Below are positions 39,010 through 47,178 of a stretch of DNA of 47,222 nt, piece by piece (the stretch's first letter is position 1; each line of letters starts with the position of its first letter). The translations under genes and the position numbers were made by a program. Under the pieces are notes generated by a model, which saw only the letters and a program-made list of their open reading frames with translations, was not told the origin of the DNA and searched no databases. The DNA is taken from positions 1 through 47,222 of the forward strand of contig JAFGDV010000007.1 of the NCBI GenBank assembly GCA_016931955.1, written 5' to 3'. The DNA comes from Candidatus Altiarchaeota archaeon (GTDB taxonomy: Archaea; Altiarchaeota; Altiarchaeia; IMC4; QMZM01).

Positions 39010-39456
39010 ATGGTCGAAGTTAAGAAGATGCTTGTTCCGGCCCTTATCCCGGGCGTGGTTGCTGCTGTTTTTACCACAGTCATTGGTCTGATACCGGTTA
39101 TAGGTATGTGTAATCTAGCATGCTGTCTCTGGCTTATGGGAGGCGGTGTTTTAGCGGCCTACCTGCTTAAGAAGAATGTTAGTAAAATCGAGCTAAAGGA
39201 TGGTGCAATCGTCGGCGCATTAAGCGGTGTGGTTTTCGCCATCCTGTCAACGATATTCTCCGCCGTCTTGCTTCTTGTCGGCTTCGGTACGAACATGGCT
39301 ACGATGGAGCAATTCGGTGGCGGCTACATGGAACCTGCTGAATACGGCTTAGGTATCTTGATCGCCATAGTTATCCTCTTTTTCATGTACCTCCTTATGG
39401 GCGTGGTCTTCTCAGCTATTGGCGGCGTCTTAGGCGCTAAGCTGCTGGAGAAATAA
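39010..39456 (+). CDS. Small multi-pass membrane protein (DUF5518-like)
   Basis: About four Gly-rich TM helices, CNLACC motif, GAGGTGA RBS, followed by a T-tract. Confidence 0.7.
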   Translation: MVEVKKMLVPALIPGVVAAVFTTVIGLIPVIGMCNLACCLWLMGGGVLAAYLLKKNVSKIELKDGAIVGALSGVVFAILSTIFSAVLLLVGFGTNMATMEQFGGGYMEPAEYGLGILIAIVILFFMYLLMGVVFSAIGGVLGAKLLEK

Positions 39457-39492
39457 AGCCCTCTTTTTCTTTTCTTTTTTTCATATTTAACC

Positions 39493-39978
39493 GTGATGGA
39501 CTCAAAGAAGCTCCTTATCTACCTATTCTTCCTCTCCCCCTTAGCTGTGTGGTTCTCCCTCATCGTCCTTGCTCCGTATCTTGCCAGCGTCGGCTGTCCC
39601 TTCTCTGGTTTCCTCTATTTTTTCTTCTCTGAGACCTGTCATCAGCTTCCTGGGCGTTCTTTTTTCCTCTATGGCTTCAAGTTGGCGGTCTGCGCCCGCT
39701 GCACTGGCATCTACTTGGGCGCCTTAGTCTCTACTTTATTCTATCCCTTTTTTCTTCCAGTAGACAACAAAAAAACTCCCGGAAAATTCCTGCTCTTGTT
39801 CTCTCTCATCCCCCTGGGCTTGGACGGCGGCATACAACTGTTGACGGCCTATGAGAGCACGAACCTTCTCCGCTTTTTCACTGGTCTGGTCTTCGGCGGC
39901 GTTCTCCCGCTCTACCTTCTTCCAGTATATAACGAATTGGTCTACGGCTTCTTGTCTAACCGAAGAGGAATCCTATGA
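39493..39978 (+). CDS. DUF2085-family membrane protein
   Basis: CHQLP.RSF, VCARCTGIY.G, DG..Q, ESTN.LRF.TG. Confidence 0.85.
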   Translation: MMDSKKLLIYLFFLSPLAVWFSLIVLAPYLASVGCPFSGFLYFFFSETCHQLPGRSFFLYGFKLAVCARCTGIYLGALVSTLFYPFFLPVDNKKTPGKFLLLFSLIPLGLDGGIQLLTAYESTNLLRFFTGLVFGGVLPLYLLPVYNELVYGFLSNRRGIL

Positions 39979-39983
39979 AATGC

Positions 39984-40400
39984 TCATTTCTTTAGGATCT
40001 CCAGCAGGTTTTTGGCTTTGATGATCTTTATGCCCTTGAATTCTCTTAGGCTGAGCAGATGGCTGTCGCCTGATACGATGTAGTCCGCTTTACCGGCGAC
40101 CGCACACTCAAGGACCCGGTTGTCGGCTGGGTCCTCTAAGATGGTATTGAGTCTCTTAGTCGAATCCACTAAGGTTGAAACAGACATAAGCCTATTGACG
40201 ACATCATCTATCCTTGTGTTCAAGTCTGTCAGCCGCAGCTGGAAATGATCCCGCCACAAAACTTCTTTAAGTTCCTCCAAAATCCCGCTGGAGATAAGAA
40301 GCTCTATCTCACCTTCCTCTGCTAGATGGATTACTCTTCTCTCATTGCCTTCCCAGAAAAGGGCGGACACCAAGACATTGGTATCGGCGACGACTTTCAT
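39984..40400 (-). CDS. PIN-domain toxin (putative TA toxin)
   Basis: VVADTNVLVSAL, DPADNRVLECA, IVSGD.HLL. Confidence 0.88.
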   Translation of the reverse strand: MKVVADTNVLVSALFWEGNERRVIHLAEEGEIELLISSGILEELKEVLWRDHFQLRLTDLNTRIDDVVNRLMSVSTLVDSTKRLNTILEDPADNRVLECAVAGKADYIVSGDSHLLSLREFKGIKIIKAKNLLEILKK

Positions 40401-40657
40401 CTCTTCCTTACTTCTCTGATTGCTTTCTCTAAGTCTGTCCGCGTCAGACCTAATTCCTCAGCCCTCTTCCTGAAAGGCTCGGCAATCTCGTCGAATGATT
40501 TTTCGAGCGCCTCCTCCGAAATCTTCTTGAAGACGATGCGATCATCTTTACCAAAGACAAGGAAACGGTCTTCAGGCTTGATGTTCAACGCTTTACGTAT
40601 TTCGGCTGGTATCACGATCTGGCCCTTTGAGGATATCTTGGCAACATTAATATACAC
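40397..40657 (-). CDS. AbrB/MazE-type antitoxin
   Basis: SSKGQIVIPAEIRKALNI. Start moved to GTG 40657, 6 nt after a GGAGGTG RBS. Overlaps the toxin start. Confidence 0.88.
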   Translation of the reverse strand: MYINVAKISSKGQIVIPAEIRKALNIKPEDRFLVFGKDDRIVFKKISEEALEKSFDEIAEPFRKRAEELGLTRTDLEKAIREVRKR

Positions 40658-40712
40658 TCTAAACACCTCCTACATTTCTTACATTATATACTACGTCTTA
40701 CAAACATAAAAA

Positions 40713-41705
40713 CTACAGCAACAACACCTCACCCTGGACAGGCGCAACAGGTTCAAGCTCCCTGAAATTGATGGCACCAGCTATCGTCTCAGTATTAGTC
40801 TTAATGCCCTTCTCCTCCAAAGCGGCTGGAAGGCATTCTCCACAGACCGTGATTATGCCAGTATATGCGGTTTTTGTCGGAAGACCTAAGATTTCACCCT
40901 CACCTCCACTAACAATGACCATACCCCCAAATGCCTCTAATGCTTTCTTAAGCAAATTTATGGCTTTTGTCCTCATCGTATAAGGAATCTCATTATACTC
41001 AGCCAAAATAACACCCCTATTTTTAGTGAATATATCTCTTATATGAAAAAGCCCACTACGCATGAAAAGCTCTATTGTATCTATGGAGGCTGAAAGTGGA
41101 GAGACGAAATTATTGCACCGTATTGGTTTCATGTCTTCTACCTCAACAGTCAAACTGACTCCAATATGCATGAAGATGCCATAATTCAGCCACAGTTGAT
41201 CTATGGTTGCACTAGACATAGTAGCCAATCCAAACATTCCATCCGGAACCAAACGATTACAGATTTTTTCTCCGCTGTGAGCGAATCCCACCATTTGCGG
41301 GAACAAATTACTCCTACAAAGATCCCTCAGTGTAGCCCTTACCTCTTGCTCTTGATTCTTGGCTATAAAAGACAGATTAACGATAACCTCACCTCGCTGC
41401 TTATAGACATCGAATTTAGAATCACACATAATCCTCGCCATCTTATCAACAATATAATCAGATCGAGCATACACAAAAGAAGTGCGCAACTCATCCCTGC
41501 CTTCTTCTGTAATCCACCTCCCCTCTCTTCCCATGTTTTCCGTGAAACCCATGCCGTCTAACTCTTGGAGGTAGTTTCTTATCATCCTCTCCGTCAGAGG
41601 GGTTCCGATGTCTTGGAGTTCCCTAGCTATCTCTGAAGAGGTTAATGCCTTGTTCTTTCGCTCTAGGATGGATAATATCTCGAATATGTTTCTTTTTTTG
41701 GTCAT
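40713..41705 (-). CDS. NrpR-like regulator (wHTH + single DUF128/NRD domain), divergent
   Basis: EILSIL...IAREL...LTERMIRNYL..LD..GFT...GR.ITE.G..EL, then G.VIVNLS typical of NRD. Confidence 0.8.
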   Translation of the reverse strand: MTKKRNIFEILSILERKNKALTSSEIARELQDIGTPLTERMIRNYLQELDGMGFTENMGREGRWITEEGRDELRTSFVYARSDYIVDKMARIMCDSKFDVYKQRGEVIVNLSFIAKNQEQEVRATLRDLCRSNLFPQMVGFAHSGEKICNRLVPDGMFGLATMSSATIDQLWLNYGIFMHIGVSLTVEVEDMKPIRCNNFVSPLSASIDTIELFMRSGLFHIRDIFTKNRGVILAEYNEIPYTMRTKAINLLKKALEAFGGMVIVSGGEGEILGLPTKTAYTGIITVCGECLPAALEEKGIKTNTETIAGAINFRELEPVAPVQGEVLLL

Positions 41706-41712
41706 CTCAACC

Positions 41713-44538
41713 CTAACACGGCATCTTGTAGACGTCTCCCATCATCGACCTGATCCTATAATGTAGTCTCCCTGAGGGGTGTGTGTCTACTGTCCACTCC
41801 ATGTCCTTCATCAGCATCATTCCATCGTCTCCGTCTTCCATCACCGGCTGCTGTGTCGGCTTTTCCAGTTCCATAATCTTTCTCTGGTAGTATTCCGTTA
41901 TCAGCTTGAATTCTTCCCTGTTTATCACACCTTGTAAGTATCTGAGCTTCGCTATATTCATCTTCTCCTTTATCTCATCCATCTCCCTCAGTTCATCTAA
42001 CTCAGGCATTATTATCTCTGGTTCCCTGGCTTCCCCGTATCCCTCTAATAAGTCCTTCAGTTTCCTGTAGAATTCTTCTTCCATGCTTTCCTTCAGCTGT
42101 TTTCTGGCTGCCTTGATCCATGGGAGTATTGTCGGCTCCTGTTCTTCTGCTGCATCCAGGAAGTCTTCCATGTTTATCTTCCTCTCTATTCCGCCGGCGA
42201 CTGCTTCGTTCCAGGGTTTTTCTGCTGCTTTCTCGCATATCGTCTTTATGTCTGATGCTGAGTATTCCTCTGTCGCCTCCGCCAGTATTTCGTAGTCTAC
42301 TTCAGCGGATACTGGCTTGTCTCTGGTGTGTATTCTAAAGATTTCTTTCCTTGCGTCGTGGTCTGGCGGCGGGACCATTATTTGTTTGCTGAATCGTCCT
42401 GTTCTCCTCAACGCGGGGTCAATATTCCATGGAGCATTTGTCGCTCCCATTACCATCACGCCTTTGTTTTCGGTGAAGCCGTCTAATTCAACCAGGAGCT
42501 GATTTATTATCTTCTTCTCTTTCCCTGCTGTGTTGTCTCGTCTCCCTGCTATCGCATCGAGTTCGTCGAAGAATATTATCGCTGGAATGTTGTTTCTCGC
42601 TCTTTCGAATATTTCTTCTATCTTTTTCTCTGATCCTGCGTCTGTCAGCTTTACATTGAAGAAGGCTGCATCGCATTCTCCTGCCGTTGCCTTCGCAATA
42701 TAGGTTTTCCCGCAGCCTGGAGGCCCATATAATAGTAGCGCTCCTCCCGTCTTTTTCCCGTACTTTTCCGCTAGTCCTAGGTTTTCTATAGGGTATACTA
42801 TGTTTTTCTTTATCTCTTTTTTCACTGATTCCATGCCTGCGACGTCCTTGAACTTTATCTCTGTTTTCTGTACTTGGTCTACTCCGCCCGCATGCTTTAG
42901 TATGTGCTTTGACAGTTCCCTGTAGAGGTCTACTTCGTTGCTTTCTCTTATCTCTTTTTCCGCTAATCTGAACCATGCTGTGAGCGAGTTCTTGTGTTCT
43001 CTTAATGTATTGAGCAAATCTTCTGTCTCTACCCGTTCTTTCTCATGCCATAGGGTCTGCGCGGCTTTCTCGCATATTGTCTTTATGTCTGACGCTGCAT
43101 ATCCCTGGCTTTCCTCTGCCAGTTTTCCGTGGTCTATTTCTCCTATGGGTAATTCTTTCACGTATTTTTTGAATAACTGCTCTCTCACCTCTTTTTCCGG
43201 TGGCGGCACGAACACTTGTTTGTTGAAGCGGCCTGCCCTTCTCAGCGCGGGGTCCAACTCCCAAGGAATGTTGGTTGCTGCAATGATCAATACATTCTCT
43301 GTCATATTGTTCACGCCGTCCATTTCCGTGAGAAGTTGTGTTAGCATTATTCTCTCTTCCTGCCTCTGTCTTGTGTCTCTTTTCCTGCCTACTGCATCTA
43401 GTTCGTCGAAGAATATTATCGCTGGAGCGTTCTGGTTAGCCTCCTCGAATATTCTGTGTATTTTTTCTGCTGCTTCCTCCGCTCCTAAGCCTATCACATC
43501 ATTCACGTTCACGTTGTAGAATGGTAATCCTGTCTCCCCTACCACTGCCTTCGCCATATATGTTTTCCCGCAGCCTGGGGGTCCATACAATAGCAGGGAT
43601 CCTCCTGCCTTTTTCTTGAGTTTTTTGGCTAGCTCCGGGTCCTTTAAGGGTTTCAGGAATGTGTCCTCTATCTCTTTTTTCACCTCCTTTAGGCCTACCA
43701 CATCTTTGAAGTCTATCGTCGAGGACTCCATCGGCACCGCATTTTTGGCTCCGATCTCGGTGCTTAACGCGATCGGCTTCAGTTTCATTGTTTTCTTTTT
43801 CTTCGCCTTTTTGTTGAAACACAGTGGATAGTGTTTCTCTGTAACCTTACTCTTGTGTTCTGCCTTCAGGTAGGGCATATACGTTATCCCTTCCAACGTC
43901 GTCTTTACATCATACAGGTTTTTCAGGATCCCTGCTATCCTGTCCACTGGGTACCTTATCGTGTCTCTCTCATATGATTCAACAATCGATTCCTCCTCCT
44001 CCAGTTTCTGCGATAGATCATATCCTTTATCCATGTAATCTGGAAGCTCATAGTCTGCCTTCACGTGTTCTTTGGTCTCTGTTTTTTTCCCTGTTGGATC
44101 TGCGCTCAGCTCGTCTATCAACAACGCAGCCAACACCCTGCCCTTGAGTCTATACACGTCAATCAATCTTTTCTCCTGCAGCTCCTCTATTGTCTCTTCT
44201 TCTATTTCTTCTCTTAGCCTGCTTCCCTTCCATAGTAGCTCAGCCAGCGTCTTCACCTTAGCCGGCTGCAGATCATACACCCTCTTCAGTATGTCGTATT
44301 TCCTTATTTCCTTGTTTTTGAGGAAATGGATTTCTCCTTCGTTGAGGTCTACGTAGATATAATTTGTTTTTTTCTTGTATTCTTTGCCGTGTTTTTCTTC
44401 TCTTTCTGTTCTGTATTTTGCTAGCGGCTGGTATGCTTTTCTTATCTTGGCTTCTTTTTTCTTCAGTTTTTTCTCTATTTTTTTCTCTGCCTTCTCAGCT
44501 ACCGGGAATGTTGTCGTCGTTATCTTGGTTGTCTTCAT
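41713..44538 (-). CDS. Tandem (D1-D2) AAA+ ATPase, paralog 2
   Basis: Same architecture as 36055-38934. Shared N-domain motifs KAYxPLAKYR, YVDL, GITxxPY, KLKPxALS. Confidence 0.9.
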   Translation of the reverse strand: MKTTKITTTTFPVAEKAEKKIEKKLKKKEAKIRKAYQPLAKYRTEREEKHGKEYKKKTNYIYVDLNEGEIHFLKNKEIRKYDILKRVYDLQPAKVKTLAELLWKGSRLREEIEEETIEELQEKRLIDVYRLKGRVLAALLIDELSADPTGKKTETKEHVKADYELPDYMDKGYDLSQKLEEEESIVESYERDTIRYPVDRIAGILKNLYDVKTTLEGITYMPYLKAEHKSKVTEKHYPLCFNKKAKKKKTMKLKPIALSTEIGAKNAVPMESSTIDFKDVVGLKEVKKEIEDTFLKPLKDPELAKKLKKKAGGSLLLYGPPGCGKTYMAKAVVGETGLPFYNVNVNDVIGLGAEEAAEKIHRIFEEANQNAPAIIFFDELDAVGRKRDTRQRQEERIMLTQLLTEMDGVNNMTENVLIIAATNIPWELDPALRRAGRFNKQVFVPPPEKEVREQLFKKYVKELPIGEIDHGKLAEESQGYAASDIKTICEKAAQTLWHEKERVETEDLLNTLREHKNSLTAWFRLAEKEIRESNEVDLYRELSKHILKHAGGVDQVQKTEIKFKDVAGMESVKKEIKKNIVYPIENLGLAEKYGKKTGGALLLYGPPGCGKTYIAKATAGECDAAFFNVKLTDAGSEKKIEEIFERARNNIPAIIFFDELDAIAGRRDNTAGKEKKIINQLLVELDGFTENKGVMVMGATNAPWNIDPALRRTGRFSKQIMVPPPDHDARKEIFRIHTRDKPVSAEVDYEILAEATEEYSASDIKTICEKAAEKPWNEAVAGGIERKINMEDFLDAAEEQEPTILPWIKAARKQLKESMEEEFYRKLKDLLEGYGEAREPEIIMPELDELREMDEIKEKMNIAKLRYLQGVINREEFKLITEYYQRKIMELEKPTQQPVMEDGDDGMMLMKDMEWTVDTHPSGRLHYRIRSMMGDVYKMPC

Positions 44539-44542
44539 CTTT

Positions 44543-44716
44543 TTATTTTATCACATTCATTATCTGGGCTTCTATGTCCATCATCGCCCGGGTGCAGGCT
44601 ATCGTCGTATCGGCTATGTTTCTGCCTTCTCCGGGGTGTTGTCCTATCAATTGCATGGTCTTTTCTATCTTGTTTCTTTCTCCCATTAGTCTCTTTATCT
44701 CCTTGTATGTGTTCAT
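44543..44716 (-). CDS. 57-aa helical microprotein B (not in the ORF track)
   Basis: Hand translation MNTYKEIKRLMGERNKIEKTMQLIGQHPGEGRNIADTTIACTRAMMDIEAQIMNVIK. GGAGG RBS, 4-nt gaps to both neighbours, paralog of 44721-44897. Confidence 0.75.
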   Translation of the reverse strand: MNTYKEIKRLMGERNKIEKTMQLIGQHPGEGRNIADTTIACTRAMMDIEAQIMNVIK

Positions 44717-44720
44717 TTTT

Positions 44721-44897
44721 TTATTCCTCCCCCAGTTTTTGTATTTTTGTGTCTATGTTTCTGAGCGCCCTGATGCATGCCACTATCGTGTTTGTTTTTT
44801 TGTCGTCTATTCTGTTGTTTCCTAGTATGTGTAGTGCTCTCTTTATTGTTTCTCTTTGTTCTTGTAGTCTTCTTTTTTCCTGGTTTTCTGTTGGCAT
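44721..44897 (-). CDS. 58-aa helical microprotein A
   Basis: Start moved to MPTENQEK (44897). Aligns end to end with microprotein B. Confidence 0.72.
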   Translation of the reverse strand: MPTENQEKRRLQEQRETIKRALHILGNNRIDDKKTNTIVACIRALRNIDTKIQKLGEE

Positions 44898-45495
44898 TTC
44901 TTCCCAACCTGTTTGTATAATGTTTGTTATATTTTCCATTTCTGGAGACATTTCACGATTTGTTGCTTATATATGTGGACTTACTCCTTTAAAAAGACTA
45001 CAATTTGTTGTAGAATTATTATAACAATATAGTAAAATCATGTCAGGAAATGTATTACCAGAAATACAATTGCAATTATTTTGTTAAAGTTAACAAAAAG
45101 TCAATCTTTTCTCTGCATATCATTTTTATGCCATTTTTGGTTGAGACCTTTTTCTCTAAAAACAAAATTCACCTAAAAAGCCGCCTAAGACCCTCTTTCC
45201 TATCTCTAACTCCTCATAAAACCTTAAAATACAAAAATATAGATAATTTATTACCTAAAACCCCTTAAAATACTATTCTATTCTATTCATCTCGCAAAAA
45301 ACCTTCTTTGAAGGTTTTTAGGTTTTTAAGTCTGGCAAACCAGTTTATTTCTTTTTTTAGTCTTTTTTTAGTCTTTTCTTCGAAAAATAAGCTTTTTTAT
45401 CTGCTTTAGAGTGCGTGTAAACCTTTTCTCGTGCTTTTTTAAGGGAATAAAGCGTTTTACTAACGTATTAGGTGGTTTTGGGGGGCGTTCGTAGA

Positions 45496-46266
45496 ATGGA
45501 TTTTTCGTTCAAGGATTGGCATTTCACATTGGCAAGCTTCTTCATCTTCCTCAGTGTCTGGTCTTTTCTCACATACGGCGGCTTCATCGAACCCTTCTTC
45601 CTGCCTTCTCCGTCTGCCGTCTTAGGTGCTGCAGTCACCTTATTCACTGAACATGACCTCATCTCTGACATCTTCGCCAGCACCTACCGTGTCTTCGCCG
45701 GTTTTCTGCTTTCTGCCGTATTTGGTGTTCCTCTTGGTATATTGATCGGCCACCATAAGCAGGTCAAGGCCTTTTTCGAGCCTCTCATCGGCGTTGCCAG
45801 ATATCTGCCAATCGCGGCCTTCATCCCTCTCTGCATTTTGTGGTTTGGGATAGATGACTTGAGTAAGATCATTTTTCTTTTCATCGGTACGTTCCCTTAT
45901 CTTGCTCTTATGACGGCTGATGTTGCATCTGATGTTGAGAAGCATCTTATTGAGTCTGCTCATACTCTTGGTGCGAATAGGTTGGATACTGTCATCCACG
46001 TCGTTGTTCCCGCTTCTTTGCCTGGAATCTTCGATAATCTGCGGGTTTGTGCCGCCATCGGTTGGACTTATGTTGTGGTCGCTGAGCTTGTTGCTGCGAA
46101 CTCCGGCCTCGGCTATGTGATTATCCGGTCTCAGAGGTTTTTGCAGACTTCGAATATTCTTGTTTGTATTGTCGTCATAGCTTTTCTTGGTTTAGCTACT
46201 GACTGTTTATTCAGGTTTCTTCGTGGTTATCTGTTTCCTTGGGCGAAGTTGGGGGTGATGCTGTGA
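45496..46266 (+). CDS. NitT/TauT/SsuC-type ABC transporter permease
   Basis: FLPSP, G.PLG...G, EAA-like loop ESAHTLGA, W..VV.AEL..A.SGLG. Start moved to ATG 45496. Confidence 0.9.
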   Translation: MDFSFKDWHFTLASFFIFLSVWSFLTYGGFIEPFFLPSPSAVLGAAVTLFTEHDLISDIFASTYRVFAGFLLSAVFGVPLGILIGHHKQVKAFFEPLIGVARYLPIAAFIPLCILWFGIDDLSKIIFLFIGTFPYLALMTADVASDVEKHLIESAHTLGANRLDTVIHVVVPASLPGIFDNLRVCAAIGWTYVVVAELVAANSGLGYVIIRSQRFLQTSNILVCIVVIAFLGLATDCLFRFLRGYLFPWAKLGVML

Positions 46267-47144
46267 GTGATGTGAAGCTTGTTGTGCGGGGTGTTTCGAA
46301 GACTTTCGGTTCTAATGGCGGCTGCGTTAGGGCTCTTGAAGGTGTCGATCTTGAAGTCAGAGATGGCGAGTTCGTCGCCTTGTTGGGTCCGAGCGGCTGT
46401 GGTAAGACCACTCTCCTTAGGTTGGTTGCGGGCCTTGATGTCCCTACTGAGGGTGAAATAGTGTTGGACGGTAAACCGGTTGCTGGTCCTGGAGTGGACC
46501 GCGGCCTGGTTTCTCAGGAGTATGGTCTTTTTCCGTGGCTTAGTGTTTGGGGTAATATTGATTTTGGTCTGCGGTTGAATGATGTTCCTGAGGAGTGGCG
46601 GTTTAAGGTTGTCGGGGATTTTGTCCGCCTTACTGGTCTTTCTGGTTTTGAGGATGCGTATCCTTCGGAGCTTTCTGGTGGGATGAAGCAGAGGGTTGCT
46701 TTGGCTCGTACTATGGTTAATGATCCCGAGATATTGTTGTTGGATGAGCCTTTCGGTGCTTTGGATACTCAGACGCGTTCTTTGATGCAGGAGCTTCTCT
46801 TAGACGTCTGGGAAAACAAAAAGAAGACGGTTCTATTGGTGACCCATGATATTGAAGAAGCTATTTTCTTGGCTGATACTGTTTATGTTGCAACCTCTAA
46901 GCCTTGTTCGATTAAGGCTAAGATTAAAGTCAATCTACCTCGCCCACGGACTTTCAGTATGAAATCAAGCAAAAAGTTCATTGAATTGCGTAAATCCTTA
47001 CATGAGCTCATCCGAGAAGAATCACTCAAAGCCATGCAACCCATAACTAATAAAGCAAAAAAGCCTCTGAGAAGCCCCACCAAAAGAATGACATTCAGCG
47101 GCTTCATAAAGACAACAATCTATGACATAGTTATTCCAAGATAA
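46263..47144 (+). CDS. NitT/TauT/SsuB-type ABC transporter ATP-binding subunit
   Basis: GPSGCGKTT, LFPW, LSGGMKQRV, LLLDEPFGALD, VTHDIEEA. GTG start overlaps the permease TGA. Confidence 0.92.
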   Translation: MSDVKLVVRGVSKTFGSNGGCVRALEGVDLEVRDGEFVALLGPSGCGKTTLLRLVAGLDVPTEGEIVLDGKPVAGPGVDRGLVSQEYGLFPWLSVWGNIDFGLRLNDVPEEWRFKVVGDFVRLTGLSGFEDAYPSELSGGMKQRVALARTMVNDPEILLLDEPFGALDTQTRSLMQELLLDVWENKKKTVLLVTHDIEEAIFLADTVYVATSKPCSIKAKIKVNLPRPRTFSMKSSKKFIELRKSLHELIREESLKAMQPITNKAKKPLRSPTKRMTFSGFIKTTIYDIVIPR

Positions 47145-47145
47145 A

Positions 47146-47178
47146 ATCAACAACCACACCCTAAAGGGTGTGGTATGA
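47146..47178. mobile_element. Hairpin resembling an IS200/IS605-family end (possible MITE/PATE remnant)
   Basis: TCAACA-ACCACACCC-TAAA-GGGTGTGGT-ATG, a perfect 9-bp stem with TAAA loop. No transposase in the window. Confidence 0.45.

Noticed and set aside
36055-44538. Calling the ATPases cdc48/VAT or cdvC/vps4
   Set aside because: No recognisable Cdc48 N-domain, MIT domain, aromatic pore loop or HbYX tail, so no symbol was assigned.
44543-44897. Microproteins as ESCRT-III/CdvB or CsoR/RcnR
   Set aside because: Far too short for an ESCRT-III core, and the Cys/His pattern of CsoR is absent.
44932-44948. ORB origin box (CTCCAGAAATGGAAA on the minus strand)
   Set aside because: Spacing differs from the TCCAGTGGAAA consensus, there is no G-string, it is single copy and no cdc6 is adjacent.
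45050-45268. 72-aa ORF in the large intergenic gap (also 44364-45024 + strand ORFs)
   Set aside because: Low-complexity products of skewed composition, with no clear RBS or family features.
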